The notes beneath the pieces are model-generated. The model worked only from the letters and a program-made list of their open reading frames with translations. It was not told the origin of the DNA and made no database searches. A program made the translations under genes and the position numbers. From an uncultured Candidatus Competibacteraceae bacterium (GTDB lineage: Bacteria; Pseudomonadota; Gammaproteobacteria; Competibacterales; Competibacteraceae), in the NCBI GenBank assembly GCA_903882995.1, contig CAIRZE010000118.1, positions 1-41,034 on the forward strand: DNA of 41,034 nt, written 5' to 3'. Positions 40,974 to 41,034 of the stretch are shown piece by piece. The stretch's first letter is position 1, and every line of letters starts with the position of its first letter.

Positions 40974-41034
40974 AACTAATTCTTAACTCTCTAATTTTCC
41001 CACAATAAAAAGTGGCCCATTTGAAATAATCTAG

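Noticed and set aside
1-41034. A novel defence, mobile or secretion system
   Set aside because: Every long ORF is a recognisable housekeeping gene; no nuclease-repeat array, RT, transposase or unknown gene cluster is visible

Overview
A roughly 41-42% GC (estimated by eye) gammaproteobacterial housekeeping region: ssb, miaB-phoH-ybeY-corC-lnt, a CDP-alcohol phosphatidyltransferase, phaB-phaR, bepA, rng, rsfS-nadD-proA-holA-lptE-leuS, purMN, dcd, apbC, metG, a UDP-sugar dehydrogenase/epimerase pair, dnaQ-rnhA, an orphan yejF-like ABC ATPase, cca and sucA-sucB-lpdA. I saw no rRNA, tRNA, CRISPR array or IS element. The main signal is ongoing genome erosion of the kind seen in host-restricted symbionts. 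The class III PHA synthase genes phaE and phaC, which the ORF track shows only as fragments, are pseudogenes while phaB and phaR remain intact. rlmH is shattered, and CorC and MetG lack their C-terminal domains. Several gene-sized spacers look decayed, and short tandem duplications (6-20 bp) recur as a mutational signature. Gene order suggests a ~15 kb inversion between lnt and purM. The first ~100 bp encode a foreign GH2 glycosidase fragment joined to ssb, probably an assembly chimera. I found no clear new multi-gene system. The best candidate for new biology is the retained phaB/phaR module with its 1-kb structured upstream region next to the dead PHA synthase.
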